Virus record (IMG/VR): IMGVR_UViG_3300032216_000918
Direction: 5' to 3' (one strand)
Length of the DNA: 64,000 nucleotides
From: an uncultured virus (IMG/VR IMGVR_UViG_3300032216_000918)
Lineage: Duplodnaviria > Heunggongvirae > Uroviricota > Caudoviricetes
Part shown: in pieces, positions 15,795 to 25,694 of the stretch
Numbering within the stretch: position 1 is the stretch's first letter
Layout of the letters: every line of letters starts with the position of its first letter
Position numbers and translations under genes: made by a program
The notes under the pieces: generated by a model
The model's database searches: none
What the model was told of the DNA's origin: nothing
What the model saw: the letters and a program-made list of their open reading frames with translations, nothing else

Positions 15795-16427
15795 TTGCTT
15801 TTAGAGCATTTGGTCTCAGCGCAAGCTGCTGATTTTGTACCAGACATCGAGTCTGGCGTGGGTAACTTTGCCCCCCTAGATGACTTAACTGCACCTCAAA
15901 CCCTTGGCGCCCAAAAGCAAACAGTCGATTGGCTCAGCCAATTCTCCTCAGAAGAGGACGAGGCACAAATCTTATCAAACGCCCAAGAACAGCAAGTAGC
16001 CAACGCTTTTGCTGCGCTAACCACAAACTCCCCCGACGCAAAGAATCAACTTCTCAACCTTCAAGTCCCAGAAGAAATTGTAAGTGCCGTGGCTATGGTA
16101 TCTGGGTACCAGTGGGAGTTTGTAAAGCAGGCTAATGAGCTGCGCTCAATGAGTGTAGCCAAAATTGTTAAAGAAACTGAGCACCCCGATGCCAGGATAA
16201 GGCTAAAAGCGCTGGAGTTATTGGGTAAGGTGACTGAGGTTGCTCTGTTTACCGAGCGTGTCGAGGTCAATAAGAAAGAAATGAGCGACGAAGAGCTAGA
16301 AAAACGGATTCGCGAGAAGCTATCTAAGTACATGGGCAAGGTCGATGTGGTTGAAGTTGACGATATTGAGATTGTGGAGAAGGTTATAGCGCCTGAGTAC
16401 ACCAGAAAAGACGACGACACTGAATGA
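15795..16427 (+). CDS. terS: Putative terminase small subunit
   Basis: Immediately upstream of terL; RLKALELLGK motif; TTG start after SD AAGGAGG. Confidence 0.65.
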   Translation: MLLEHLVSAQAADFVPDIESGVGNFAPLDDLTAPQTLGAQKQTVDWLSQFSSEEDEAQILSNAQEQQVANAFAALTTNSPDAKNQLLNLQVPEEIVSAVAMVSGYQWEFVKQANELRSMSVAKIVKETEHPDARIRLKALELLGKVTEVALFTERVEVNKKEMSDEELEKRIREKLSKYMGKVDVVEVDDIEIVEKVIAPEYTRKDDDTE

Positions 16428-17956
16428 ATTTAGATTCTTTGACCCCAGAAGAAGCTCTTGCTGCGCAGTTGGCGCTAAAAGACATGAGTACGGAAGAGAA
16501 GTTATTATTTTTAGCGGATCTTGAAGAGCAAGAACACCGCGTGCACCTAAATAAAGCGCAAAATCAACCACTTGAGTTTGCAAAAGCAGTATATCCAGGC
16601 TTTAAGATAGGGCCCCAGCACCGCAAACTAGCTAAAATCTTCCAAGATGTGGTTGAGGGTCGCAAAAAGCGCGTAATTATTAATATTGCACCACGTATGG
16701 GCAAATCGGAGTTTTCCAGCTATCTGTTTCCGGCATACTTTCTAGGTCAGTACCCCGAGAAGAAAATCATTATGGCCACGCACACCGCAGGGCTCTCGGA
16801 AGACTTTGGACGGAGAGTGAGGAATTTAATTGATTCGGATGAATACAAGAGTGTGTTCCCAGGAACAGTCGTTGCAGACGACCAAAAAGCAGCGGGTAAG
16901 TGGTCTACATCTACTGGCGGCCAGTATTATGCTGCTGGTGTTGGGGGAGCCTTGGCAGGACGAGGCGCTGATTTGTTTGTTATTGATGACCCCCATTCTG
17001 AACAAGATATGAAGGCGAACTCAAGGCTGGCGTTTGATAACGCGTGGTCTTGGTTCCAAACGGGTCCGCTGCAGCGGTTAATGCCGGGGGGTGCGATCAT
17101 AGTAATTATGACTAGATGGTCTTTGCTTGACCTTACTGGGCGCATTATCGACTACAACATAAAAAACCCCCATACAACCCCGTGGGAGATTGTTGAACTA
17201 CCGGCGATCCTTAATGAAGATACAGAAAAAGAAAAGTCGTTGTGGCCAGAGCAGTGGCCGCTTGAAACCTTAAAAGCTACAAAGGCAGTACTAGATCCGC
17301 GTTATTGGAACGCCCAGTACATGCAGAACCCCACGTCCGATATGAGCGCTGTCATTGGGCGAAAAGACTGGATGATGTGGGAACAGGAAGACCCGCCTAC
17401 CGTGGAGTACATAATTCAGAGTTGGGATACGGCGTTTGAAACAAAAACAACATCTGACTATTCCGCATGCACAACCTGGGGTGTTTGGTATAACGAGGAG
17501 GATGGCAATAGCCCAAACATAATCTTGCTCGACGCATTTAAAGACCGCATGGCATTCCCGGAACTAAAGGCTACGGCGCTAAAGCACTACAAAGAGTGGA
17601 ACCCCGATGCGTTCATCGTGGAGAAAAAAGCATCGGGAGCCCCGTTAATTCAAGAACTTAGGATGATGGGTATACCAGTCCAAGAGACCAACCCATCGCG
17701 CGGTAATGACAAGATGGTGCGGCTAAATGCGGTATCTGATTTATTTTCTAGCGGTAAAGTCTGGGCTCCAGATAGGCGGTGGGCTAGGGACGTGATAGAA
17801 GAACTGGCGTCGTTCCCGGTTGGCGAGCATGATGACTATGTGGATACGACAACCCAAGCGCTTATGCGCTATCGCCAGGGCGGGTTTATTAGTTTGGACT
17901 CGGATGAAAAAGATGACTTGCAGTACAAATATAGGCGGAAGGCTGCGTACTACTGA
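16424..17956 (+). CDS. terL: Terminase large subunit
   Basis: Walker A APRMGKS, Walker B FVIDDP, MTRW; nuclease SWDTA...SDYSA...HDDYVD. Confidence 0.95.
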   Translation: MNLDSLTPEEALAAQLALKDMSTEEKLLFLADLEEQEHRVHLNKAQNQPLEFAKAVYPGFKIGPQHRKLAKIFQDVVEGRKKRVIINIAPRMGKSEFSSYLFPAYFLGQYPEKKIIMATHTAGLSEDFGRRVRNLIDSDEYKSVFPGTVVADDQKAAGKWSTSTGGQYYAAGVGGALAGRGADLFVIDDPHSEQDMKANSRLAFDNAWSWFQTGPLQRLMPGGAIIVIMTRWSLLDLTGRIIDYNIKNPHTTPWEIVELPAILNEDTEKEKSLWPEQWPLETLKATKAVLDPRYWNAQYMQNPTSDMSAVIGRKDWMMWEQEDPPTVEYIIQSWDTAFETKTTSDYSACTTWGVWYNEEDGNSPNIILLDAFKDRMAFPELKATALKHYKEWNPDAFIVEKKASGAPLIQELRMMGIPVQETNPSRGNDKMVRLNAVSDLFSSGKVWAPDRRWARDVIEELASFPVGEHDDYVDTTTQALMRYRQGGFISLDSDEKDDLQYKYRRKAAYY

Positions 17957-18519
17957 TGTTTAAAAACTCATACTGGCGCTTTGAAAAAGCTCTAAGCCCT
18001 GAATTTTGTAACTTGGTCATTAAAGAAACCGACTGGGAAAGTGGTATTACAGCGGGTGTTGGCGCAGGCATGGACCCCACAAAACCATCATCTGTCCAAG
18101 ATAGCATGCGTAAAACTGATATAGTATGGGTACCACTGGAGACTCCAATTGCTTGCGTAGCCCAAACCTACATAAATTATGCTAATGGCTTAGCCGCATG
18201 GAACTTTTCAGTGGCTTTTATTGAGCAGATGCAGCTTGGTAGGTATACGCAAGGCGGCCACTATGACTGGCACTACGATATTTTCCATCCAGATCAAAAC
18301 AACCTGCAGCGCAAGCTAAGCGTTAGTATTTTATTAAACGACCCTTTGGAATATGAGGGTGGTGAATTACAATTGGAAGGTGTGGATGAATGCAACTTGC
18401 TGAAAAACCAAGGGGATATAGTAGTGTTTCCTTCTTTTGCTAAGCATCGCGTTGCGCCAATTACTAACGGAACTAGATATTCAGCAGTTACTTGGGCATT
18501 AGGCCCAGCTTTTAAATAG
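17956..18519 (+). CDS. 2OG-Fe(II) oxygenase (PKHD/prolyl hydroxylase-like)
   Basis: HYD...RKLS...YEGGEL...FPSF..HRV.P...GTRYS. Confidence 0.9.
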   Translation: MFKNSYWRFEKALSPEFCNLVIKETDWESGITAGVGAGMDPTKPSSVQDSMRKTDIVWVPLETPIACVAQTYINYANGLAAWNFSVAFIEQMQLGRYTQGGHYDWHYDIFHPDQNNLQRKLSVSILLNDPLEYEGGELQLEGVDECNLLKNQGDIVVFPSFAKHRVAPITNGTRYSAVTWALGPAFK

Positions 18520-18528
18520 GAAATAATT

Positions 18529-21024
18529 ATGCCAGTAGATAAGGGTTTATACCAAGCGCCAAAAGGCTTAGAACAACTAACTTCGCAAGAGCCGGATATT
18601 GAAATTGAAATTGAAGATCCAGAAGCGGTGCACATTAGCGGTGACGGCTTTGAGCTTGACATTGAAAAGATGGACGAAGAAGACGGTAGCGAAGAGTTTA
18701 ATAAAAACTTAGTTGAAGAGCTAGATGGGGGCGCGCTTGAAACTTTAGCTGGCGAGTTGTCTTCTGATATTGATAACGACTTAAGCTCCCGCAAAGACTG
18801 GGAGACAATGTACAAAGACGGTATTACCCTGCTCGGTCTTAAGTTTGAAGAACGCGTAGAACCTTGGGATGGCGCGTGCGGTGTATTCCACCCAATGATT
18901 ACAGAAGCTGTTGTGCGCTTCCAGTCAGAAACAATTATGGAGACTTTCCCAGCTAAGGGTCCAGTTCGCACGCAGATTATCGGCAAAGAAACACGCGAGA
19001 AGCTACAAGCTGCGCAGCGCGTTGAAGCTGACATGAATTACCAGTTAACAGAAAAAATGCCTGAGTTTAGAAATGAACATGAGCGCATGTTATGGAATCT
19101 GCCATCTGCTGGTTCTGCATTCAAGAAGGTGTACTACGACCCAAGCATTGGCCGTCAAATTTCAATATTTATTCCAGCAGAAGACATCATTCTGCCTTAC
19201 GGAGCTAGTGAAATTGCATCTTGCCATCGCGTCACACACCGCATGCGCAAGACTAAACAAGACTTAATCAAACTACAACGCGCTGGTTTTTATGCAGATG
19301 TTGAGCTTGGTGAGCCACAAAAATTCCGTACCGAGATTCAAGAAAAGAAAGATAAAGAGACTGGCTTTACTGCTAGCTATGACGACCGCTTTGAGTTGTA
19401 CGAAGTACATGCTGATTTAGATTTACCTGGATTTGAAGACAAAGACGACAATGGTGAAGAGACAGGGGTTGCTCTGCCATATGTTGTAACAATGATTCGA
19501 GGCACAAATGAAATTCTTGCAATTCGTAGAAACTGGAAAGAAGAAGATCCTCTCCGCCTTAAACGCCAGCATTTCGTTCATTACCAGTACATACCCGGCT
19601 ACGGTGCTTATGGTTTTGGTTTATTCCATCTTGTTGGCGGTTTTGCTAAGTCAGCTACTTCCATATTGCGACAGCTTGTCGATGCCGGCACCTTATCGAA
19701 CTTGCCGGGTGGGTTAAAGAGCCGCGGTTTAAGAATTAAAGGCGATGATACGCCGATTGCTCCAGGTGAATTCCGTGACGTAGATGTTGGTTCAGGAACA
19801 ATTCGCGACAACATCTTGCCGCTGCCGTATAAAGAGCCGTCTGCCGTATTAGCTGGACTCATGGATAAAATCATTGAGGAAGGCCGCCGCTTTGCAGCTA
19901 CTTCTGATATGCAGGTGTCAGATATGTCTGCTAACGCTCCTGTTGGTACGACGCTGGCTATTCTAGAAAGAACGCTGAAAGTTATGTCAGCTGTTCAGGC
20001 ACGTGTGCATTACGCACTTCGCCAAGAGTTAAAGCTATTAGCAGGAATTATTCGTGACTACACAGATGATGAGTACAACTATGAGCCAGAGCACGGCGAT
20101 ATGCAGGTTAAGCAGGATGACTACAAGCACGTAGATATTCTTCCTGTTTCTGACCCAAATGCGGCCACTCTTTCTCAACGCGTTGTTCAATACCAAGCGG
20201 TTATTCAGTTAGCCCAGTCAGCCCCACAAATTTACAACTTACCAGAACTACACCGCCAGATGCTTGACGTGTTAGGCATTAAGAACGCTGACAAGTTAGT
20301 TCCGCTTGACGATGACCAGAAGCCAAAAGATCCAGTAAGCGAAAACATGAATGCCCTCAAAGGCAAACCAATGAAAGCGTTTATGTTCCAGGATCACGAA
20401 GCGCATATCAAGGTGCATCAAATGGCTATGCAAGATCCAATCGTCCAACAACTTATTGGCCAAAACCCACAAGCCCAAGCAATTATGGGCGCAATGCAAT
20501 CACATATTGCAGAGCACGTTGGCTATGCGTATCGTAAGAAAATTGAAGATGCCATGGGCGCTTCGCTCCCATCTCCAAAAGAAGATATGCCACCAGAGTT
20601 GGAAGTTGAACTTTCTCGTTTGATTGCTCAAGCAGCACCCCAAGTATTGGCACAGTCTCAAGCTATGGCTGCTCAGCAGCAAGCCCAGCAAAATGCAAAA
20701 GACCCGTTAATGCAAGCTGAGTTAATTGACCAGCAAGTTAAACAGGGTGAGCTGCAACGCAAAGTAGCTAAAGATCAGATGGATGGGCAACTAAAAGCAA
20801 AAGAGCTAGCCTTAAAAGAAGAGCAACAAAAAGCAACTCGATTAGAGGCGGCTTCTAAACTTTTGCTACAACAGCAGCAGGCCCACGATAGCCAAAAGGA
20901 AAAAGGTGCTCAGATAGCTATGTCAGCAGCAGAACTTGCTATGCGGAATAAACACCATAGACTAGATACAGCAGTAGATTTAAACCAACAGCAGCAAAAA
21001 CCTAAGGAGAGTGAAGTTAAATGA
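18529..21024 (+). CDS. Portal protein (podovirus P22/BPP-1-like)
   Basis: 831 aa after terL; PW.GAC, GSAFKKVYYD and YG.GL motifs; Q-rich coiled-coil C-terminal barrel. Confidence 0.85.
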   Translation: MPVDKGLYQAPKGLEQLTSQEPDIEIEIEDPEAVHISGDGFELDIEKMDEEDGSEEFNKNLVEELDGGALETLAGELSSDIDNDLSSRKDWETMYKDGITLLGLKFEERVEPWDGACGVFHPMITEAVVRFQSETIMETFPAKGPVRTQIIGKETREKLQAAQRVEADMNYQLTEKMPEFRNEHERMLWNLPSAGSAFKKVYYDPSIGRQISIFIPAEDIILPYGASEIASCHRVTHRMRKTKQDLIKLQRAGFYADVELGEPQKFRTEIQEKKDKETGFTASYDDRFELYEVHADLDLPGFEDKDDNGEETGVALPYVVTMIRGTNEILAIRRNWKEEDPLRLKRQHFVHYQYIPGYGAYGFGLFHLVGGFAKSATSILRQLVDAGTLSNLPGGLKSRGLRIKGDDTPIAPGEFRDVDVGSGTIRDNILPLPYKEPSAVLAGLMDKIIEEGRRFAATSDMQVSDMSANAPVGTTLAILERTLKVMSAVQARVHYALRQELKLLAGIIRDYTDDEYNYEPEHGDMQVKQDDYKHVDILPVSDPNAATLSQRVVQYQAVIQLAQSAPQIYNLPELHRQMLDVLGIKNADKLVPLDDDQKPKDPVSENMNALKGKPMKAFMFQDHEAHIKVHQMAMQDPIVQQLIGQNPQAQAIMGAMQSHIAEHVGYAYRKKIEDAMGASLPSPKEDMPPELEVELSRLIAQAAPQVLAQSQAMAAQQQAQQNAKDPLMQAELIDQQVKQGELQRKVAKDQMDGQLKAKELALKEEQQKATRLEAASKLLLQQQQAHDSQKEKGAQIAMSAAELAMRNKHHRLDTAVDLNQQQQKPKESEVK

Positions 21025-21230
21025 TGGACCTACTAACGGCGGATTTCATAGCCGCAATGCGTGACAAGTTGCGCACAGATATGAATAACTACACTGATGA
21101 TTTGGCAAATGGTCAGTGCACAAGTTTTGAGCAATACAAAGAGCTCTGCGGCGTGATTCGAGGCCTAGCGTTTGCAGAGCGCCACTTACTTGACCTCGCT
21201 GACCACATGAAAGAAGACAACGATGAGTGA
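21021..21230 (+). CDS. Conserved head-module hypothetical protein
   Basis: Y...CG.I.GL pattern; position between portal and GroES-like gene. Confidence 0.65.
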   Translation: MMDLLTADFIAAMRDKLRTDMNNYTDDLANGQCTSFEQYKELCGVIRGLAFAERHLLDLADHMKEDNDE

Positions 21231-21678
21231 CACCATCGCATTACCCCCGCAAGGGCTAGTTTTACCGGATGGCACTATGCATTCGCTTGAAGAAGTAGTA
21301 GATGAAGTAAAAGAGCCAACACCTGAAGAAGTTCAGGCGCAAATGGCAAAGCAGTTACCAGATCCCCGCGGTTGGAGAATGCTGTGCTCGCTAGTAACGG
21401 CAACAGACCAATACGACAGCGGTTTGCTCAAAGCTGATGAAACCAAGAAGATTGAAGAATTAACGTCTCCAGTCCTATTTGTTTTAAAGCTAGGTGATTT
21501 GGCGTACAAGGACGAAGCTAAGTTTCCAACGGGACCATGGTGTAAGGAAGGTGATTTTGTTATCACACGCCCATACACAGGAACCAGAATTATGATTTAC
21601 GGAAAAGAGTTTCGTGTTATTTATGACGACCAGGTAGAAGCGGTTGTTGAAGACCCCCGCGGAATTACCCGCGCTTAA
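21223..21678 (+). CDS. GroES-like co-chaperonin
   Basis: P.GWRML, SGLL, VLKLG, KEGDFV..YTGT, FRVI.DD.V.AVV. Confidence 0.8.
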   Translation: MSDTIALPPQGLVLPDGTMHSLEEVVDEVKEPTPEEVQAQMAKQLPDPRGWRMLCSLVTATDQYDSGLLKADETKKIEELTSPVLFVLKLGDLAYKDEAKFPTGPWCKEGDFVITRPYTGTRIMIYGKEFRVIYDDQVEAVVEDPRGITRA

Positions 21679-21687
21679 GGAGCAAGT

Positions 21688-22659
21688 ATGACTTATAAAT
21701 TCCCTGATGAGAACGAAGAGTTCGATAAACAGCCAGACTTAGAATTAGATGTAACTGCAGAAGGCGATGTAGTTGAAGCAGATATTGTTGTAGAAGACGA
21801 TACTCCTGAGTCAGACCGCAGAGCCCAGCCATTGAACCGTGATGTAGAAGACCCAACTGATGAAGAGATCGATGGCTATACAAAAGGCGTTCAATCCCGT
21901 ATTAAAGAGCTAACCCATGCCCGCCATGACGAACGTAGAGCAAAAGAAGCAGCTCAACGTGAAAAAGACGAGGCTATTCGTTTAGCTCAAATTGCGATAG
22001 AAGAAAACAAAAAGCTCAAGCAGTATGTTCAGAGTGGCGAAACTTCTTATCAAGAAATGATGCGTGAAAAGGCTGAAGCTGAATTAAACATGGCTCGTGA
22101 TAAGTACAAGAAAGCTAGTGAGGAATATGACTCCGAAGCCCTACTTGCTGCTCAAGAAGCGTTAACTGAAGCAAAGATGAAAATTGAAGCTGCTAAAAAT
22201 TTTCGTCCAACCTCTTTACAAACGCAAGAAAAAGATGTACAAATGCAATATGCGGCTCCAGATGTACCCAAGCCCGACGAAAAAACCTTGCGCTGGCAAG
22301 CCAAAAACCAGTGGTTCGGTTCTCCTGGGTACGAAGAGATGACAGCCTTTGCTTTAGGCTTGCATCAAAAACTAGTTGCCACGGGCTATGACCCGCGTAG
22401 TACTGAATACTTCGAGAAAATTGATTCTCGCTTAAAGTCTGTGTTCCCTGATTTACTTCAGGATGACGAGCCAGCTAGCCGTAGATCCGGTGAACCTAGT
22501 AAAAAGCCTGCAACAGTCGTGGCTTCTGCTACCCGTTCAACGGGAGCGAAAAAAACTATCAAACTTACAGCGACCCAAGCAGCTCTAGCTGATAAGTTAG
22601 GTATCTCACGCGAATTGTATGCTAAGGAATTTTTAAAACAGGAGGCCCGTAATGGCTAA
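21688..22659 (+). CDS. Putative capsid scaffolding protein
   Basis: Acidic N-terminus, long coiled coil, W...N.WF motif, C-terminal A..LG...YA helix; upstream of capsid. Confidence 0.65.
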   Translation: MTYKFPDENEEFDKQPDLELDVTAEGDVVEADIVVEDDTPESDRRAQPLNRDVEDPTDEEIDGYTKGVQSRIKELTHARHDERRAKEAAQREKDEAIRLAQIAIEENKKLKQYVQSGETSYQEMMREKAEAELNMARDKYKKASEEYDSEALLAAQEALTEAKMKIEAAKNFRPTSLQTQEKDVQMQYAAPDVPKPDEKTLRWQAKNQWFGSPGYEEMTAFALGLHQKLVATGYDPRSTEYFEKIDSRLKSVFPDLLQDDEPASRRSGEPSKKPATVVASATRSTGAKKTIKLTATQAALADKLGISRELYAKEFLKQEARNG

Positions 22660-23104
22660 TACTCGTAAAACACGCGATCTCGAGAATCGCGAAACAGTTT
22701 CAACCCGTCCAATCTACCGCCCAGCGGCTACTCTCCCTGATCCTACGCCAGAACCTGGCTACAGTTTTAGATGGGTTGCTAAAGAGGTACTAGGGCAAGC
22801 GGTTCCAACCAATATTTCACAGAAGTTCCGTGATGGCTGGGTACCGGTTAAAGCTGTGGATCACCCAGAACTTATGATTGTGGGCGACCCAAATGGAAAT
22901 GTTGAAATCGGTGGTTTGATCTTATGCAAAATCTTAACTGAACAACTCGCAGCTCAAAAAGAGTACTACGAGTCACAAGCACAAAATCAAATGGACTCGG
23001 TTGATAACCATTTCATGCGTAATAACGATGCACGTATGCCTTTATATAGTGAGCGTAAAAGCACAGTAAGTAAAGGTGGCGGTTTCGGAAGTGGTACACG
23101 TTAA
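22652..23104 (+). CDS. Conserved head-module hypothetical protein
   Basis: PG..FRW, GW.PV and GGLILC motifs; position. Confidence 0.6.
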   Translation: MANTRKTRDLENRETVSTRPIYRPAATLPDPTPEPGYSFRWVAKEVLGQAVPTNISQKFRDGWVPVKAVDHPELMIVGDPNGNVEIGGLILCKILTEQLAAQKEYYESQAQNQMDSVDNHFMRNNDARMPLYSERKSTVSKGGGFGSGTR

Positions 23105-23125
23105 TTAATTTTTTAGGAGACCTTT

Positions 23126-23782
23126 ATGTCTACAGTATCAAGTCCTTATGGACTAAAACCTGTTAGCTTAATTGGTGGTCAATCCTTCACTGGCGGCACA
23201 ATCCGCGAGTATTTGATGACTACAAACAACTCAGCAGCCATTTATACCGGCGACTTAGTTCAATTAGGCGCATCTACAGCTGGGCAACCAACTGTTGTAG
23301 CTGCAACCCCAACTACCAGTACTGCTGGTATCGCTGGTGTTTGCGTAGGCGTTCGCTACCAGTTAGCTGGTCAGCAACTAGGCTATCCATTGTATGCAGA
23401 ATATTTACCTGCAAACGCTGTGACAGCTGGCTACACAAACATTTTCATCCGCGTTGTTGAAGATCCAGATCAACTGTATCAAGTACAGTCTTTGGGTTCT
23501 GTTGGCTATGCCTCAATCGGCAAGACTGTTGCTTTGGCAAACTTCTCTGCTGGTACCGGTAGTTCAACTGGTAATACAACTTCAGGTAACTCTGTTGTTG
23601 CGTTGTCAGCTACTATTGCTAACACAAGCGCGTTGGCCTGCAAGATTGTTGATTTGGTTAACTCCAGCTCTACTTTCGGCGGCAACTTCCCTTCTAACCC
23701 TGGTGACGCATATACCGATGTTATTGTCAAATTGAACTTTGGCGTACATCAGTACTATCAGTCCGCTGGTACAACTGCTTAA
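23126..23782 (+). CDS. Putative capsid decoration / minor capsid protein
   Basis: PYGLKP N-terminus, I..GD.V, DP...Y; directly precedes MCP. Confidence 0.6.
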   Translation: MSTVSSPYGLKPVSLIGGQSFTGGTIREYLMTTNNSAAIYTGDLVQLGASTAGQPTVVAATPTTSTAGIAGVCVGVRYQLAGQQLGYPLYAEYLPANAVTAGYTNIFIRVVEDPDQLYQVQSLGSVGYASIGKTVALANFSAGTGSSTGNTTSGNSVVALSATIANTSALACKIVDLVNSSSTFGGNFPSNPGDAYTDVIVKLNFGVHQYYQSAGTTA

Positions 23783-23797
23783 TAAAGGAGCTATAAC

Positions 23798-24709
23798 ATG
23801 GCTATTTCACGTTCACAGCTCTTAAAAGAGTTACTCCCAGGACTAAACGCGTTGTTCGGTTTAGAGTACAAACGCTATGGCGAAGAGCATAAAGAGATTT
23901 ATGATATCGAAGCTTCTGAGCGTTCATTTGAAGAAGAGACAAAACTGTCTGGTTTCTCGGCTGCTCCAGTCAAGAATGAAGGCGGCGCAATTTCTTATGA
24001 CAATGCACAAGAAGCTTTTACAGCTCGCTACTCACACGAAACTATCGCTTTGGGCTTCTCAATCACTGAAGAAGCGATTGAAGATAACTTGTATGACTCT
24101 TTGTCTGCTCGTTACACCAAAGCATTGGCTCGCGCTATGTCTTACACCAAGCAAGTTAAAGGTGCTTCTGTATTGAATAACGGTTTTTCCTCTAGCTACC
24201 TCGGTGGCGACGGTGTTGCTTTGTTCTCTACAGCTCATCCATTGGTAAACGGTGGCACAAACAGCAATACTGCTGCTACCCCTGTTGATTTGAACGAGAC
24301 TTCTTTGGAAGCCGCAACAATTCAAATCGCTGCCTGGACTGATGAGCGCGGTCTCTTGATCGCTGCTAAGCCACGCAAACTGGTAATTCCACCTGCTTTG
24401 ATGTTCGTTGCTACTCGTTTGTTGGAAACTAACCTCCGTGTTGGTACTACTAACAACGATATCAATGCGTTGAAAAACAATGGAACAATCCCAGAAGGCT
24501 ACGCTGTTAACCACTTCTTGACCGACACAAACGCATGGTTCTTGTTGACCGACGTTCCAAACGGCCTGAAGATGTTTGAGCGTACACCACTCCAGAATTC
24601 TATGGATGGTGACTTCGATACTGGTAACGTTCGTTACAAGTCTCGTGAGCGTTACAGCTTCGGCTGGTCAGACCCACTCGGAGTCTGGGGCTCAAGCGGT
24701 TCATTCTAA
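23798..24709 (+). CDS. Major capsid protein (Mu gpT-like, HK97 fold)
   Basis: MAISRSQLLKEL.PGL, DGVALFSTAHP, LVIPPAL, AWFL and RERYSFGWSD; strong codon bias. Confidence 0.9.
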   Translation: MAISRSQLLKELLPGLNALFGLEYKRYGEEHKEIYDIEASERSFEEETKLSGFSAAPVKNEGGAISYDNAQEAFTARYSHETIALGFSITEEAIEDNLYDSLSARYTKALARAMSYTKQVKGASVLNNGFSSSYLGGDGVALFSTAHPLVNGGTNSNTAATPVDLNETSLEAATIQIAAWTDERGLLIAAKPRKLVIPPALMFVATRLLETNLRVGTTNNDINALKNNGTIPEGYAVNHFLTDTNAWFLLTDVPNGLKMFERTPLQNSMDGDFDTGNVRYKSRERYSFGWSDPLGVWGSSGSF

Positions 24710-24725
24710 CCTGAATGTACCCAAT

Positions 24726-24756
24726 AAAAACCCAGCTCACAAGGCTGGGTTTTTTT
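24726..24756. terminator. Bidirectional intrinsic terminator after MCP
   Basis: A5-CCCAGC-7 nt-GCTGGG-T7. Confidence 0.8.
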
Positions 24757-25087
24757 CATTGTAGTGATGTATTCGGTGGCAGTTTGCGCATAAAACAATG
24801 CACTTTTTTATTTCTTCTTCCGCTTTTTTAAACTGCCCATTTGATATTAAACGGTTAACGTCATACTCTTTTGTGGTTGGGTCTTCATGATGAAAATCTA
24901 GTGCCGCTATATGACTAAACCCACACTGTGCACAGCACAAACTTGATTTATAGTCCTTCCACTCTTGCCATTTTCTTTTTTTATATTTAGAGTTTGCCTC
25001 TATAAGACGTTCTTTGTTACGTAAATAATGTTCACGGCTGTACTCCGCATGTTTGGCTTTTTTTACGCTCGCGTCTTTGTATGGCAT
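24737..25087 (-). CDS. HNH endonuclease
   Basis: CAQCG...LDFHH...KC.VLCANCHRIHH. Confidence 0.85.
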   Translation of the reverse strand: MPYKDASVKKAKHAEYSREHYLRNKERLIEANSKYKKRKWQEWKDYKSSLCCAQCGFSHIAALDFHHEDPTTKEYDVNRLISNGQFKKAEEEIKKCIVLCANCHRIHHYNEKNPAL

Positions 25088-25520
25088 CGGGCTGTACCTT
25101 ATACCGCCAATAGATTGAGTGCTTCCAGCTCCAAGGCTGTCCGGGCTGGTAGATTTTGAAACCCGCGTTGATTAACGAGTTTGCTGATGCTGGGTTGTTT
25201 GTTGTATCGGTAATTAACCAATTCCATCCTAGCTTTCTTGCCTGTTTAATTCGCGCCAGTATAAGTCTTTTTTGTAAACCATGTCCAGTATATCCATCTA
25301 GAACACCCGCCCTACATAAATAACCTGTATCGTTCCATTTCATCGAGCGGACCAAACCCGCAAAAGCGACAGGCTTTCCATCTTCCGCATACGCAACCCA
25401 CCAATGACCCCGATCCGGTTGGTATGGCGTATCCTGAGGAAGTATTTTCTTTTGTAGAAAAAGTAGTGTGGTTTGAACTGACTGGACTCTGATGTCCACT
25501 TTTTTCACTGTGAATTTCAT
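25032..25520 (-). CDS. GNAT acetyltransferase (likely start MKFTVKK)
   Basis: Motif A V..GYTGHGLQKRL; motif B N.ASANSL..AGF. Confidence 0.85.
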   Translation of the reverse strand: MKFTVKKVDIRVQSVQTTLLFLQKKILPQDTPYQPDRGHWWVAYAEDGKPVAFAGLVRSMKWNDTGYLCRAGVLDGYTGHGLQKRLILARIKQARKLGWNWLITDTTNNPASANSLINAGFKIYQPGQPWSWKHSIYWRYKVQPDAIQRRERKKSQTCGVQP

Positions 25521-25612
25521 ACATAATCCCCCGCCCAATTATTTATCTTATTAGGTTCATTTTACCCAAAAAGTATGTTGCAAATATTAAAAAAGATGTA
25601 TACTTACGCTAA

Positions 25613-25681
25613 CTGGGTGATTGCTTATACCGGACTGCCCCAGCAGACGATGCAACGATTGGTATGAGCGTACTTTTGCAT
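25613..25681 (+). ncRNA. Pseudoknotted RNA element, candidate Mu-gpT-DE motif
   Basis: Three interleaved helices: CTGGG/CCCAG, GCTTATACCG/TGGTATGAGC, ATGCAA/TTGCAT. Confidence 0.55.
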
Positions 25682-25694
25682 AGGACAATTTATT

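Noticed and set aside
18294..19034. Long antisense ORFs (this one, 1988..2629 alternate frame, 27648..28277, 24059..24514 and others)
   Set aside because: Shadow frames of well-supported genes; no motifs or ribosome-binding sites
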